A program made the translations under genes and the position numbers. Under the pieces are notes generated by a model that did not search any database, had not been told where the DNA came from, and saw only the letters and a list, made by a program, of their open reading frames with translations. Below are positions 41,101-49,858 of a DNA stretch of 64,000 nt, piece by piece (positions within the stretch are counted from its first letter, which is position 1; the number at the start of each line of letters is the position of its first letter). Source of the stretch: a virus; the IMG/VR virus record IMGVR_UViG_3300030331_006142, positions 1 through 64,000 of that record; one strand, 5' to 3'.

Positions 41101-41332
41101 CAAGGCCACCTTGCTTCAATTGGCCTTTATTTCTTGCAGCAACTGCTCTTCCAGTCTTTACATTAAAGGAGAGAAAAATGTTTTGACCATCAGTCTTTTC
41201 AGTTCCTGAAAGCTTTCCATCTGCCGCCATTTGTAGGAGCTGCTTTAATTCACCAAAAGTCATTTCACCATTATCGTAGATATGGTTCATGTGACCAGCA
41301 ACAGCCCCCTCTAATAGGAGTTCTTTATTCAC
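38189..41332 (-). CDS. Multidomain protein: KxDG ligase-like nucleotidyltransferase domain, HxGH cytidylyltransferase-like domain and acidic C-terminus
   Basis: TEKTDGQN...EGFVF...YKFTG; AVVPGAFKPPHKGH. Confidence 0.7.
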   Translation of the reverse strand: MNKELLLEGAVAGHMNHIYDNGEMTFGELKQLLQMAADGKLSGTEKTDGQNIFLSFNVKTGRAVAARNKGQLKQGGLDADELDSFFANHPSQALRYSFVEALGAFEEEVKKLDIDTQEKIFGPDASVFFNTEVMNPGNPDTEEGDPRGAGTTNVIPYDKKTLLIHRVGHAQFDKQTGKKTDLDITANFELLDRAFVDSATEDPSIFSVETNPVRKLPPLQDKSVLRSTMEKVSNLMSDIGVSDGDTINDYVIGQVKPEIDQFNLDDATSRLLLQRVMRIPAASGKVPGVNDVTRGMPTNIKQSVSSYVRAFNYASYTLDLQRVLHDFSVAMVGTIDSSFINDNEKQIKFLQDEVESTISRIKNGNNERAQAELEKQMIKLKDVGGINTPSEGFVFDFNGVTYKFTGNFAPTNQILGMERFQRFGPIDAQDEEEEALKDNSGPSRVAVVPGAFKPPHKGHLNMVEQLAEIADKVIIIISQPTKGGRTLPLSGKIVDSNHAEQIWRAFLDKSPAGSKTEIIQSPAASPVGVTYDFVMKEPQPGNDLVAPKGSTVILGCGDKEDDQSRYQTIISKARNDLKIKIHVCDLSAKHSEEYMNTLSSHPHINSRIPSATKSSVDSSDFHASDMRFIVDVAASDPVGLQMLKDFVPRPEDAIAVMGILGINAADKNQPEEDQVEEPEIDAGGLREIIEDSLRKMLQEGFKAQHAPKAKPSSSAFQKRMRKRLAKAHRTYLDMGRKDLTKHGGAFKHGRPKNISNAFLAEEQDELEEMSSNAGGNLAGFAGPFGKIYKKDEDMKEERKLRKTLRIGIKEFFDLKAKENNEIIDYVIQEHMLRLSLRELILEAAAEDPNTDIHDNTGINTLKDLLKNTNVLSTIRQVYKTLTTSDDQRKSFRAHMIQWVQDTLAPVKLNDTDSIGSPDAVAQLSEEVGVDIEGVDAEKFIDANDGSEKETPTNDKEEKEGLTSISGEDTTGRNKAERVYPSIEKSIIDYYGELDNAEDQEMFYDYLIANLKLYHDKWDREMAKNIEEPTNDEYEKAAQGTESSEQST

Positions 41333-41342
41333 GTTTTAGCCC

Positions 41343-42689
41343 TTACTTAGTCCAGAGCTTAGTTAGTTTGCTAAAAACCTCTTCGTCTCTTTTTCCAAAG
41401 CGAGACTCATAAAGCATTTCTTCTTGTTCTGGTGTTTGAATCTTGGATTCATTCTTTGGTGCCTTACCGTCAGGACCTGCTCTGTCTGCAGCAGTGGCTT
41501 TGTCATAAGGTGGTCGGTTTTTAGCAAACTCTTCTTGTGACTGGTCAGCCTCTTCGAGTTCTTCAGTCTCTTCTAGGTGGTCTCGCTTGTACGCTTTATG
41601 GTCATCTCTCTTGTGTTTTTCAGCTAAAGAAGCGTTTGTAACTTGTATATCTTCTGCTGCAACATTTTCAAGAATGGTGCCGTCAGCCAGCTTCATGTCG
41701 TAGTGACTAATAAACCCGTTAGCGTCTGGTGCCACATGTTGGATTGCTTCTGCCATGGCAATGCTTCCGTTATGATTAACTCCGCCATGATGAATGCAGT
41801 AATGGCTTGCACCAAAAGCATCGTCTTCTTCTTTTACGGTTTTTTGCATGGGTGCTGCTGGGGCCACAGTATCGCTCGCGGCATCGAGACCACCTTTAGG
41901 AAGCGTCGTTTTGGGCTTGGTTCGGTCTTGCGCAAAACGCTGTGCTTGTTTGGCTGAAACAACAGCTCTGAGTGCCATCTCTGTGGCTTTATCATGTGCA
42001 GCCGCATGGTCCATAGCCGGCTTTCCGTCAGTACCCTTTCTATATTTTGCATATTTGCTAGCATAAATTTTATCGAATTGGGCTTCTTGTTTTTTAGTCA
42101 TACCAGTTGGAATTGGAACGTGCTTCGGTTTCCTGGCATTTATTCTTTTCGACCTCTCGTCTTCATTTATCACTTGGTTTTTGAGCCTTTCAGAAACTAA
42201 TTTTTTAATTAGATTCTTTAAAGTACTTTTGTTTATTTTTACAGACATATTTTTGTTCTCCTTTAAAAATTTTCTTTCTGCAACTGTAATTCTATATTGT
42301 AGTTTGTTATCTAGACTATCTTCCCAGTCCCGAAAACACATATTACCTTCTAAATAGGCTTCTTTCTCCATATTTCTCATATGTTGGTTATCTTGAGCAT
42401 AATTTTTTGTCATCATTCCTATTTTGTCTTGTGAGAGGTCACCTCGCTGGTTTTGACAGTGATGAACCAATTCATGTGATAATGACCTAAGAATATCTTT
42501 TGGGTGCCTCTTATGAGTAAATACAGTTACACTTTCGTTTTCAGGGTCGTAGTGGGCAGTCTTTCCTAAGATACAATCTGAATTTTCTTTTGAATCATCC
42601 AAAAATAAACTAGGTGGACTTCGGAATCCTAATCTTTTTTTGGAAAAAGACATCAAACTATTAATTAGTGGATTTAAATCAGATAACAT
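41343..42689 (-). CDS. HExxH metallopeptidase-like N-terminus plus putative head-protein domains
   Basis: DILRSLSHELVHH...EKEAY; internal MSVKINKSTLKNLIK. Confidence 0.65.
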   Translation of the reverse strand: MLSDLNPLINSLMSFSKKRLGFRSPPSLFLDDSKENSDCILGKTAHYDPENESVTVFTHKRHPKDILRSLSHELVHHCQNQRGDLSQDKIGMMTKNYAQDNQHMRNMEKEAYLEGNMCFRDWEDSLDNKLQYRITVAERKFLKENKNMSVKINKSTLKNLIKKLVSERLKNQVINEDERSKRINARKPKHVPIPTGMTKKQEAQFDKIYASKYAKYRKGTDGKPAMDHAAAHDKATEMALRAVVSAKQAQRFAQDRTKPKTTLPKGGLDAASDTVAPAAPMQKTVKEEDDAFGASHYCIHHGGVNHNGSIAMAEAIQHVAPDANGFISHYDMKLADGTILENVAAEDIQVTNASLAEKHKRDDHKAYKRDHLEETEELEEADQSQEEFAKNRPPYDKATAADRAGPDGKAPKNESKIQTPEQEEMLYESRFGKRDEEVFSKLTKLWTK

Positions 42690-42715
42690 AAAAAATCTCC
42701 TACTAATATATAGTT

Positions 42716-43303
42716 TTAATCTTTTTGAATACCAATGAAAGTATTATAGTAGTTTTCTTCATTCTGTCCCCTGATGTTTTGAATTGTCCTCAAAGAAAAT
42801 CTAAAAGGAAGGTGTTCTGGCTTGGAGCCATTTGTTCCCCCTGTAAAATTGCTTTTCGACATTAGGGTTCCCATTGTGCCCCCTAATGATATATTCTTAT
42901 CTCCATCGGTGCCCCCAATAAGCTGCTTTAAGTTTACAACTTTTGAAGTGCCGATAATTGTTGGTACAATTGTGCCATTATGGCCATTGGCACTCTCAAT
43001 AGCTGTTTTGATTTCTGATGCAGCTTGGCTTTCATTAGTTAGGCTGTCAAGGTTGATTATAATTTCACTACCTTCCAAGCCCCCAGTCGCCAAGGAGGGG
43101 TCGTTTTTGAATACATACGTTTTAGATATACCTCTAGTATTTGTTAGGGTAAACGTTTTATTTTTAAGCGCAGATATAGAGCTCGGACTTGTTGAGACTG
43201 TTAAGCTACCTAAAGACTGAACAGGGTTTACTGTATATTCGTTTAGAGAGCCTGAGTGGAAATTTATAGTGTAATCATTTTCTATTATGTTGTCGTAACT
43301 CAT
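42716..43303 (-). CDS. Putative structural protein (S/T/G-rich, FTGG motif)
   Basis: 195 aa beta-rich ORF with late-promoter motif upstream. Confidence 0.55.
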   Translation of the reverse strand: MSYDNIIENDYTINFHSGSLNEYTVNPVQSLGSLTVSTSPSSISALKNKTFTLTNTRGISKTYVFKNDPSLATGGLEGSEIIINLDSLTNESQAASEIKTAIESANGHNGTIVPTIIGTSKVVNLKQLIGGTDGDKNISLGGTMGTLMSKSNFTGGTNGSKPEHLPFRFSLRTIQNIRGQNEENYYNTFIGIQKD

Positions 43304-43328
43304 CGTAAGTTAAATAGGTAAAAATAAT

Positions 43329-44336
43329 TTAAATATGTTCTTTATCACCAGAAAAATATGTATCTAAATCTTCATTTACTTCTATATTCAACTTCGACTC
43401 AATCCAAAATTCCATATCATCCCGGGATGAAAACTCTAAAACATGAGGGCCATTGAACGCTCTCCACATGCCTATTTCATCTAATATATCCATTTTATTT
43501 ACAACGAGTTTATTTATTCCGTTAATTCGAGAAGCCATTTTTAACATATCGAAATCAAGCCAGTTAACTTGTCTTGGCCGGCCAGTCGTGGCACCGAACT
43601 CTTGACCTAATTCTCTAATCTCTTCAAAAACCGCATCAGGGCCTTCAAAATCCTTGGCACCAACATAGGTTTCATAAATCTTAGCAACACCCCAAACATC
43701 TCTAATACATTTTGGCGGAACTCCATTTAATATTGCTGAACCGACAGTACAATGAGAAGATGTTACGTAAGGGTAATCACCCCAGTCAACATCCAGCCCG
43801 AAGCCCTGGGCGCCTTCAAAGAGTATTTCGACGTCATCAAACTCATCATTTTCATAAAGCTCATGATATAAACTTATAATATAATCACTCAAGCGTGGGT
43901 CTTCAACTGCTCGAACCCCTCTTCTTCCGTATTTGTCCCGATAAGCCGGCCCGTTACCCCTTTTGGTTGTCCCGATATCTTTATCCTTTTTATCCTCTAT
44001 TCTATGAAAATCAGTAATAATATGAGCATTTGAAGACACATAAACTAAATTAGAAGCAGGGATTCCTGCTCTTTCTAATTGCTCTATTTCTTCCAAAAAA
44101 GTGTCAACATGCACAACGCAGCCGGGACCAATTATAGATTTGATTCCAAAAAAAACACCACATGGAATATGGTGTGTAATAAATTTTTTTCCTTCATGGT
44201 AGATTGTATGACCTGCATTACAACCACCGTTATATCTTATTACATGTGTATAATCATTTTTTCTACAAAGAGCGTGCGCGACTTTTCCCTTGCCGCAGTC
44301 TCCATACTGGAGGTCGACTACTATATCCGCTAACAT
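43329..44336 (-). CDS. purA: Adenylosuccinate synthetase (short form)
   Basis: LQYGDCGKGK, GGCNAGHT, IGTTKRGNGPAY, FEGAQG, YPYVTSS and GATTGRPR motifs. Confidence 0.93.
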   Translation of the reverse strand: MLADIVVDLQYGDCGKGKVAHALCRKNDYTHVIRYNGGCNAGHTIYHEGKKFITHHIPCGVFFGIKSIIGPGCVVHVDTFLEEIEQLERAGIPASNLVYVSSNAHIITDFHRIEDKKDKDIGTTKRGNGPAYRDKYGRRGVRAVEDPRLSDYIISLYHELYENDEFDDVEILFEGAQGFGLDVDWGDYPYVTSSHCTVGSAILNGVPPKCIRDVWGVAKIYETYVGAKDFEGPDAVFEEIRELGQEFGATTGRPRQVNWLDFDMLKMASRINGINKLVVNKMDILDEIGMWRAFNGPHVLEFSSRDDMEFWIESKLNIEVNEDLDTYFSGDKEHI

Positions 44337-44373
44337 GTTTTTTCCTTTTGTTGGGGTTTAAAATTATTATACT

Positions 44374-44547
44374 TTAATCAAGTATTTCATTTAACAATTT
44401 TCTGGCTAGTTTTGGATTTTTTATATTTGATTTTATTAGATTTTCTAACCTATCTGTTCTATCTTTTAATTTGTTTGTTCGATGCAGCAATAAGCCACTG
44501 AAAAGCAAGTTAATCAGTATCAAACCTAAATCAAAAAATTCGTACAT
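44374..44547 (-). CDS. Small membrane protein (57 aa)
   Basis: MYEFFDLGLILINLLFSGLLLHR... read manually; fills an intergenic gap. Confidence 0.5.
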   Translation of the reverse strand: MYEFFDLGLILINLLFSGLLLHRTNKLKDRTDRLENLIKSNIKNPKLARKLLNEILD

Positions 44548-44548
44548 G

Positions 44549-46564
44549 CTACTGAACCTTACCCAATAGCTTTAAGCTTGGCCCTGTACCATCAATGACA
44601 GCAACTACATTTGCATCATTCCATGGTATATAAGTATCAAATGAAATCGGCTCAGGTGAGAGAAATTTCGCACGTCGCATTCTTATATCTCCAGGCATAC
44701 CCGGGGACCCATCTGGCAATGGTTTTCGAAAATCTGTGGGTTTTTTTCCTTTTGGCATTTGTAATATGTTAACAACAAAGCTGCCTTTTTTTGGAGCATA
44801 TGTTGTAGCAGAAAGAATAGAGTTTGAAATTTCATCCGCGGTTTTTCCTGGTATTCGACCAAAAGATGTTCGAATCATATTAGTGCCTGGTTTAATTGGC
44901 TCATCTTTGCCGGTAAGTTTGCTTTTTCTATGTGTAGATGTATACCTGCCTACCAAAAAACCAGTATCTTGAATATGTTTTTGTCGACCTGCTGCAGCGG
45001 CGCCGACCGACTTCCCGGTAAACGGACTTGTCATGCCAGAACTTCGCGCAGAAGTAACTATATGAATGTAATAATCATATTTTTCCGGATTTAACCTTTT
45101 TGATAAGCCCTTTACAAAAGCAGGGTTATTTAACGCTTCACTAAATTTAAGCTTTGTTAAGACTTCTGGAATCTTTTTTTGAAACTCTTGAGTTGCCTTT
45201 GCTCTGCTGCCTTTTGACGCTTTTCCGATAGCACTAGAAAGTTTTTTAATCTTTGCTGAAAGCTTGGTTGATAATTTGCCAACTCCCCCTATGATTGGCA
45301 CCATGGAGACACCTAAAATAACAAGAGTGGTCGCTTTGGCCAATCTAGTCAAAAATGATGCTTCTTCGGGTGTAGCTTTCCAATCATTGTAAGCTTTTTC
45401 GTATTCCGTCCAAGTTGAATCCTTTAGTTTGCCGGTTTCATAATCGGTTCCCATATATTGGCCTGTAATATCAACTAATACTGCTGCAAGGTCGAAGATT
45501 TCGAAGCTGGCTTTTTTAAAAATTTCAAAATCAAACTTTCCAAAACCTTCTAGTCTAAATTGCCCGGCAAAAGCCGCTCGTTCGTATGCAGGGTCACCAG
45601 ACATATCTTCTGGATTAAATTCTTCTTCTGGTTCTTCATATGGTACTTCTCTATCAATAGAAAAGCCGCCTTCTTGTTCATTTAGATTATTTTTTTTCTT
45701 TTCGATTTTACCCCACGGGGCCGGCCCGTTTGGGTCCAAAAGGTCCTCTAAATTATATTTCCCTTCAAACTCCATGTAATCTGATTCACTTTTTTCATTA
45801 AAGTAATCTTTTATGTACATCTCATTAAGGGACAGCATTTTATCATATGAGTTAATTTTTATATTTGATAGCCTTTTAAGATAATTCGAATTTCTAAGCA
45901 TCTTAAAAGCTAAATTCTCTGGAGAGTATACTCCCTCTCTCGAAAGGCCGGCAGAACGCATTTCTGATACCTTATTTTTAATTTTAGAGGCGTATTTATA
46001 TGTTCCCTCTGGGTCTTCTTCTAGGTGCTCTTCTAGGTGCTCTATTGCTTTCGCTAATGTTTCTGCTTTCTTTTCTGCATTTCTTAAATCAATATCAACA
46101 TCTTTCTGAGGCACTGGTTCAACGTTCCAGAGGTTTTTGGTTAAGGACCATATACCTTTTGATTCATGAGGCTCACTCGCGTCTTGAAAATAAAGCTCAA
46201 CTTCGTGACCTTTTATTTTAATATCGTGTGCTTTGTTCCAGTTAATTCTAGACTGGTCTAGCATTCTTTTTACTAATTCAAAGTTTTCATCAATTTCTTG
46301 AAAATCAAAAACAATATGAAGGTCTATATCTGAAAGTGGGTGCCAATTATACCCAGCAATCGAGCCAGTCACTATTATATCTTTAATTTTAGCATCTATT
46401 TCCATATTTTTAAGAATACTATCAGCTATTCTTAATAACGCTTCGGAAATCTCTGGCAAAAGCACTTTTTCATCCCAAAAATCTCTATGCATAAATTCTT
46501 TTGGCTTTAAAAAGCATTTATTTTTAATATTGTCTTTTTTTATGGAAACATTAATCATTTTCAA
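44549..46564 (-). CDS. Pol-beta-superfamily nucleotidyltransferase with long C-terminal extension
   Basis: IIVTGSIAGYNWHPLSDIDLHIV and YSPENLAFKMLR motifs. Confidence 0.75.
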   Translation of the reverse strand: MKMINVSIKKDNIKNKCFLKPKEFMHRDFWDEKVLLPEISEALLRIADSILKNMEIDAKIKDIIVTGSIAGYNWHPLSDIDLHIVFDFQEIDENFELVKRMLDQSRINWNKAHDIKIKGHEVELYFQDASEPHESKGIWSLTKNLWNVEPVPQKDVDIDLRNAEKKAETLAKAIEHLEEHLEEDPEGTYKYASKIKNKVSEMRSAGLSREGVYSPENLAFKMLRNSNYLKRLSNIKINSYDKMLSLNEMYIKDYFNEKSESDYMEFEGKYNLEDLLDPNGPAPWGKIEKKKNNLNEQEGGFSIDREVPYEEPEEEFNPEDMSGDPAYERAAFAGQFRLEGFGKFDFEIFKKASFEIFDLAAVLVDITGQYMGTDYETGKLKDSTWTEYEKAYNDWKATPEEASFLTRLAKATTLVILGVSMVPIIGGVGKLSTKLSAKIKKLSSAIGKASKGSRAKATQEFQKKIPEVLTKLKFSEALNNPAFVKGLSKRLNPEKYDYYIHIVTSARSSGMTSPFTGKSVGAAAAGRQKHIQDTGFLVGRYTSTHRKSKLTGKDEPIKPGTNMIRTSFGRIPGKTADEISNSILSATTYAPKKGSFVVNILQMPKGKKPTDFRKPLPDGSPGMPGDIRMRRAKFLSPEPISFDTYIPWNDANVVAVIDGTGPSLKLLGKVQ

Positions 46565-46955
46565 GCTTCTCCAATACTTTTATAGCAATTTTTTCAAATT
46601 TTTTGCTTTGGTCCATCTCGCTCTTGCTATAAAAGCCATATTCTATATGCTCATCGCTTAATTTAATTTTTTTGTTGTTATATTTTGCAAAAAAGTAATA
46701 TCTATCTTTTTGTTTCTCAAAAAAAACAGGATTTTTAATTTTCAAACCAGTTTCTTCAAGAACTTCTCTTTTCAGGCCAGATATTAGATTTTCTCCCTCT
46801 TTTAAATGTCCGCCTGGCAAATCTAGTTCACCAGCAAACTTTTTGTGATAATCAGAGCGCCTTAAAAGTAAAACATCGTTGTTTTTGTCGATAATTACGA
46901 CCTTAGCAACAACATCAATATCTTTTTTGTCTTTGATTATTTGAACCCTCAGCAT
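46551..46955 (-). CDS. NUDIX hydrolase
   Basis: LPGGHLKEGE...LKREVLEETGL. Confidence 0.92.
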   Translation of the reverse strand: MLRVQIIKDKKDIDVVAKVVIIDKNNDVLLLRRSDYHKKFAGELDLPGGHLKEGENLISGLKREVLEETGLKIKNPVFFEKQKDRYYFFAKYNNKKIKLSDEHIEYGFYSKSEMDQSKKFEKIAIKVLEKLEND

Positions 46956-46966
46956 ACTTTAAATAG

Positions 46967-47305
46967 TTAGTTAATATCAGTTCTTAAATTTTCTAAATTA
47001 TCAGTTAAGAGCCTTCCTTCAGAGTAAACCTGCACAAAAGGGTGGTTTTCCCTAGAAGATATAACATCCATAATGTAAAAACACTCCATTACATCATCCA
47101 AAGAGACTGTTAGAATTTTATTGTTGTACAAAACTTCATAATCAAGCCTGAAGCCGCAATTATCTAGTAATTCAAAGTGATTTAGGGCATCCCAAATAAC
47201 CAAAAGATGGTCATCAGGGTGAAAAGAGTCGACCCACAAATCAAGTAAATCTTGGTGCGAAACATTATAAATAATTGGATTTATTGCTTTTGTTTTTTTG
47301 TTCAC
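46967..47305 (-). CDS. Hypothetical protein
   Basis: 112 aa ORF. Confidence 0.65.
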   Translation of the reverse strand: MNKKTKAINPIIYNVSHQDLLDLWVDSFHPDDHLLVIWDALNHFELLDNCGFRLDYEVLYNNKILTVSLDDVMECFYIMDVISSRENHPFVQVYSEGRLLTDNLENLRTDIN

Positions 47306-47787
47306 TTCGAATGCCTATCTGCAACAGATTGAGATGCCCATGCGTTAGGTTTTACCTTGCAAGAGAAACCATAACCTTGAACATACCCTGTTAACATATC
47401 TGAGAATTTAGAGGTTTTATGACTACTTCCAAACGGGGAAACGTCTAAATGTAACTCAATATTATTGGGTGAGATAGATAAGTCTTCTGACAATATTTCT
47501 GCTGTCTCTATAGAACGCCGCACTTCTTCTGTTATCCTAGAAGATAAAGTATGATATTTTTTTGAGGGTGTATATTCTCTATAGAAAAAGTATTTTGCTG
47601 GCACACCGGGTGATACAAGACACACAGCAGTTACAAAGCATATTCTTTTTTTTGAGGCGAAAGAATCTGAGCCTATGAAAATTTTATTTTCAGTTTTTAA
47701 ATAATTTGAAATAATATTGGCAATTTCTTTAAAGGAAAGTTGCTTTCCAGAACCAGTAATCCATCTTTTATTGCAAAGGGCCGTCAT
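47302..47787 (-). CDS. RNase H-like YkuK (DUF458) family protein
   Basis: IFIGSDS, RITEEVRRS, ELHLDV and KPNAWASQSVADR motifs. Confidence 0.8.
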   Translation of the reverse strand: MTALCNKRWITGSGKQLSFKEIANIISNYLKTENKIFIGSDSFASKKRICFVTAVCLVSPGVPAKYFFYREYTPSKKYHTLSSRITEEVRRSIETAEILSEDLSISPNNIELHLDVSPFGSSHKTSKFSDMLTGYVQGYGFSCKVKPNAWASQSVADRHSK

Positions 47788-49837
47788 TTTCTAACATCTT
47801 GTTCATTATAATGACTGCAAGTTCTGGCTTTTGAGCTATTATTTCTAATATATCCTGAAGAAGTTCTGTATCTTTTATTAGTATTTTGCAAAATTGAACC
47901 GCCTGCATTTTTGTTGTGTCGTTTGACATAGTATCACAAAAATGCTTCCATTGTGATAAGTTTTTTTGTTTATCATCTAAAACATCTTCACTCGGCTCTT
48001 GCAAATGGTGCCTTGAGGAGCGATAACTGCCATATATTGAATTAACTTCTTCAAAAGCTTCTTTTATTAACTTTTTGATATCATTTTTTGTCATGTAATT
48101 ACTCTCCTTGGTAGTCTTTGTCGCCGGTGCAGTAGGTGCAACAGCATCAGCTTTTTTTTCCTCTTCTTCTTCTCTCTGGAATAGCTCGGCCCGATTGGCC
48201 TCTTTGCAGAAATTAGGCATCATCATTTGCTCCATAGTCGTGTGCATGCCTCCAGAGCTACTCTTAAATGTGTTGTACACAGCCATGGCCGCCGAGGAAA
48301 TAGTTGGCGTTGTAATGATAAATGCCGGACCTTGTTTAGCGCTGTTGTTGAGGTGACCCAGTTTTTCACCATCGTATAATACCTCCCTATCTGTGGTGAC
48401 CTGGGCCTTGTAACCTTTAATAGCACTTTCATATGAGTCTTGCATTTTCTCAATGGTATTACTCGCTATCTTAAATTCCTCACTTTCCGGGTCGCCATTA
48501 TCTCTTATTGATAAAAGTTCCTGAAATCTCTGGTCAATATTGTAAGCAACTTTAATATACTCTTTGGTTAACCTGTAAAGCTCACTTGGGTGGGACTCTT
48601 TCTTTTCCTTGTTATCATTTCCTATGCTCACATATTCTATTTTCTTTTTTATTTTAAGGCTATTATTACTATATCGACCTGAAAATGGTCTTTGCTTATC
48701 TGGCTTTCTTTTGGATTCAACTCGACTATCAACACGACGGTAAAGGTCTATTGCTTCGTGCAAGGACCAAATATTGTAGAATGCCGCAGTAGCAATATTT
48801 CCACTATCACCAGCTCCTTTAGTCTGTTCTGATGATAAAATCTCGTCGCGTATGCCCGTACGCTGCAGCCTAACGTTTTTGATATTTCTGAACATGTGTC
48901 TGTATCTTTTATGGAAAATTATCTGGTATTCTACCCAATCACCAAATGTATCTTGGTTACCATAATCGTTTGTAAATTTGGCTTTTAAATTGAAAGACCG
49001 GTCTTTTGTTAGACAGTGCCCAGGAGGACAGTGACGAGAGTTGTAAAACAGATATTTATAAAACCGGCTTATATCTTCGTCTTTGGCGTTATCTTTAAGC
49101 ATAAGGTTTTGGAAAATACTGCGCGAGGTGAATTCTCTTGCCTGGCCAGGCGTCATGTTTTCAGAACCATCGGGATTTCCAAACGTAGGCACCCCAGGAG
49201 GGTTCCTCCAGACGGTTTTAAAAGATTTAAGTAATTCATCTTCCCCGAACCATCCATCTTTTTTGATTCTCGCGCGTGTTTTTTCCACCTGCCTTCGCCC
49301 ATCAATGCCGGAGAGTAAACTGAATAGGATTTCCATCTGGCGGTTTTTGTCTCCCTTCCATCTTGCAATGGAGTCCGAGGGAACTCTGGCATAATCTATC
49401 TTTTGAATCATGATTCCTGGTAAATTTACTGCATCAACGAGAAGGTTTCTCATTTTTGGGTCGAAATCACCTTCGCCTTCAGCGCTGCCTTCGCCTTCGC
49501 CTTCGCCTTCAGCTTCGCCTTCGCCTTCGCCTTCGCCTTCAGCTTCGCCTTCGCCTTCAGCTTCTCCTTCGGGTGGCTTCGGTTTTTTCTGCTGGGGTCT
49601 CTCTCCCGGTTTCGAGTCAGTTACAGGTGGCTTTTTTTCAGTGCCACCTTCAACACCTTCGCCATCTTCCGAGCCGGTGGTTCCGGAACCGCCAGAACCT
49701 TCTCCTTTGCGGCCTCTCCATCGCAGCCCATCCCCGCCACGTTCTTTTTCAGGATTTGAGCCGCGCCGGATACCTTTCGCTCTGCCTCTTTTGCCTGGCA
49801 GCCCTCTTTCATTTAGTAGGTTTTTAAATGCATCCAT
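47768..49837 (-). CDS. Large hypothetical protein with (GE)n low-complexity tract, putative head/internal protein
   Basis: 689 aa; EGEAEGEGE repeat; internal MTKNDIKKLIKEAFEE. Confidence 0.7.
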   Translation of the reverse strand: MDAFKNLLNERGLPGKRGRAKGIRRGSNPEKERGGDGLRWRGRKGEGSGGSGTTGSEDGEGVEGGTEKKPPVTDSKPGERPQQKKPKPPEGEAEGEGEAEGEGEGEGEAEGEGEGEGSAEGEGDFDPKMRNLLVDAVNLPGIMIQKIDYARVPSDSIARWKGDKNRQMEILFSLLSGIDGRRQVEKTRARIKKDGWFGEDELLKSFKTVWRNPPGVPTFGNPDGSENMTPGQAREFTSRSIFQNLMLKDNAKDEDISRFYKYLFYNSRHCPPGHCLTKDRSFNLKAKFTNDYGNQDTFGDWVEYQIIFHKRYRHMFRNIKNVRLQRTGIRDEILSSEQTKGAGDSGNIATAAFYNIWSLHEAIDLYRRVDSRVESKRKPDKQRPFSGRYSNNSLKIKKKIEYVSIGNDNKEKKESHPSELYRLTKEYIKVAYNIDQRFQELLSIRDNGDPESEEFKIASNTIEKMQDSYESAIKGYKAQVTTDREVLYDGEKLGHLNNSAKQGPAFIITTPTISSAAMAVYNTFKSSSGGMHTTMEQMMMPNFCKEANRAELFQREEEEEKKADAVAPTAPATKTTKESNYMTKNDIKKLIKEAFEEVNSIYGSYRSSRHHLQEPSEDVLDDKQKNLSQWKHFCDTMSNDTTKMQAVQFCKILIKDTELLQDILEIIAQKPELAVIIMNKMLENDGPLQ
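49468..49572 (+). repeat. Coding hexamer tandem repeat (CCTTCG)n
   Basis: Encodes the GEGEAE tract on the minus strand. Confidence 0.85.
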
Positions 49838-49858
49838 GATTAAAATTTCCTCTTTTCA

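Noticed and set aside
43329-44336. purZ (Z-base genome)
   Set aside because: It keeps the catalytic Asp (YGDCGKG) of PurA rather than the Ser typical of PurZ
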